DNA of 63,726 nt, counting the filler, from Reticulomyxa filosa (taxonomy: Eukaryota; Protista; Foraminifera): assembly GCA_000512085.1 (NCBI GenBank). It is 20 parts of 20 records of this genome, joined end to end, with 100 filler letters (N's around TTAATTAATTAA, not from the genome) between each part and the next. Parts side by side here need not be neighbours in the genome. Positions count along the whole stretch, not along the records: positions 62,631 to 63,726 come from ASPP01036726.1; 19 more parts are not named here. One strand, written 5' to 3'. The notes beneath the pieces are model-generated. The model searched no databases, was not told the DNA's origin, and worked only from the letters and a program-made list of their open reading frames with translations. Positions 62,531 to 63,726 of the stretch are shown in pieces (positions within the stretch are counted from its first letter, which is position 1; each line of letters starts with the position of its first letter). Made by a program: the position numbers and the translations under genes.

Positions 62531-62647
62531 NNNNNNNNNNNNNNNNNNNNNNNNNNNNNNNNNNNNNNNNNNNNTTAATTAATTAANNNNNNNNNNNNNN
62601 NNNNNNNNNNNNNNNNNNNNNNNNNNNNNNGTTTCTGTCCCTGTTGT

Positions 62648-63055
62648 TTACCTGTATTTTGATTTGAAGTGTGTTGATGAGTTGATTGAGGTTGTACAAA
62701 TATCAATGGCCGGCGTGTTTGTATATATATTCTTATTGGACTGCATTGTGGTCATTTTGATAATACGTATACTTGCGTATTTCAATTGCACCGACATTTC
62801 TGTTGCGTTGTCAAAGTATTGTGGACATTGTACGCATTTCAAAGTTTTTGATTTCCACATTCTGTTGGCAGAGTGGTTGGACAACTTATTCAATGATAAC
62901 AATGATGTGCAAATGCAGTCTTGATTATTTGAATATATTGTGTCGTTTGAGTTTGAGTTTTCTTTAGCCACATTGCTTGCACTTGACATTGCCAGAACTG
63001 CAGTTAAGACTTGCAGTAATATCAATACAATTTCATATACCAACGATGGCTTCAT
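62648..63055 (-). CDS. Putative secreted Cys-containing protein (or relic)
   Basis: MKPSLVYEIVLILLQVLTAVLAMSSA is signal-peptide-like; several N-glycosylation sequons (NDT, NHS, NAT, NSS). Confidence 0.35.
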   Translation of the reverse strand: MKPSLVYEIVLILLQVLTAVLAMSSASNVAKENSNSNDTIYSNNQDCICTSLLSLNKLSNHSANRMWKSKTLKCVQCPQYFDNATEMSVQLKYASIRIIKMTTMQSNKNIYTNTPAIDICTTSINSSTHFKSKYR

Positions 63056-63476
63056 TTTGTCGTTGAAGTAGCCAACCTTTGCACGCAATCTTTTCTCCTC
63101 CGTTTGTCCCCTTTCTTAACAGGTACACTGAAATGGAAGGACATCAAATGAACAATAAAGCCACTTTAAGAGAAAAACAAAAATGTTGCGGCAAGCGAAT
63201 ACATTTATAAAACGATAAATGGACGTCATACGATTTGTAGAAATGCCGAGTTTATTGAGGAGGACATACGTACAAAAAAACTTTAGTTAGAATTAAAATA
63301 AGTGCAAATACGCATTCCCAAATAAAAAGAGTACCAAAAAAAATGACTGTATTGTCAGCAGCAATCGTTTTAGAAATAGAGCCCTAAGAAGACGGTTTAT
63401 CACTTAGTAGGCAGTTCATCAATCCAACTTCTTCTTTTTCGCCAGATTTTTTGAAACAATTAAAAGCAAGTAATTG

Positions 63477-63644
63477 CTAGTGACAACCAATACAAGCAGC
63501 AAAAGCACTCAAGTGTTGCACTGCTTTCCAAATCATTTGTGGTAACAAACCCTCCCCACGATATTCGGATGCACAATATACATCAAAGATCCACCCAACA
63601 TTGTTATCAGTTTCATTGCGAAACTCCATTTGTGGTGACTTCAT
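63477..63644 (-). pseudogene. GNAT acetyltransferase fragment
   Basis: VGWIFDVYCASEYRGEGLLPQMIWKAVQHL matches GNAT motif A (acetyl-CoA-binding R/Q-x-x-G-x-G/A region). Bracketed by in-frame TGA and TAG, with the frame otherwise continuing. Confidence 0.6.
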
Positions 63645-63726
63645 TCAACGTGACCAAAGTAAATACCATTGATTGAAGTGTACACTCGAGACTATCTGAG
63701 AGAGCTCACGTGCACTAAATACCGCA

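Noticed and set aside
4537-62630. Regularly recurring TTAATTAATTAA flanked by N runs as a repeat or CRISPR-like array
   Set aside because: It is an identical synthetic six-frame-stop linker used to concatenate contigs. ORF tails reading XXXX-LIN are artefacts.
219-63644. Alternative genetic code (stop-codon reassignment)
   Set aside because: Conserved genes end at the expected positions with TAG (LC8), TAA (STX16, DDX3) and TGA (CHCH, ceramide synthase), and have no internal stops. In-frame stops are confined to decayed or expanded-family genes.

Overview
This is not a contiguous locus. It is about 20 short eukaryotic contigs joined by artificial 100-bp spacers (44 N + TTAATTAATTAA + 44 N), so adjacency across a spacer is not evidence of biological linkage. 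The DNA is AT-rich, with short GT-AG introns full of (AT)n/(AC)n and poly-A/T runs, contig ends that often break at homopolymers, and homopolymer frameshifts. The WD40 family type, the NACHT-pentapeptide-WD40 gene and the heavy pseudogene load suggest a rhizarian/foraminiferan draft genome resembling Reticulomyxa (inference, not searched). Recognisable genes: ankyrin-CaaX protein, P4-ATPase 5' end, acid ceramidase/NAAA, adenylate kinase 5' end, tRNA-Arg(CCG), CHCHD2/Mix17, GT-A-like glycosyltransferase, syntaxin-16, TFIIH p52/Tfb2, DDX3/Ded1-like helicase (DEGD), PFK-2 5' end, dynein LC8, NBR1-like autophagy receptor, PP6/SAPS subunit, NLR-like NACHT-WD40, ceramide synthase, CK1, 7TM protein and LINE relics. 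The most interesting items are: a tandem-Ubl protein with an internal RGG fused to a Cys-rich domain; two spliced microproteins missed by the ORF track (one a zinc finger plus CaaX); an orphan helical domain with a motif-dense core; and a pattern of serial internal deletions in relic elements.
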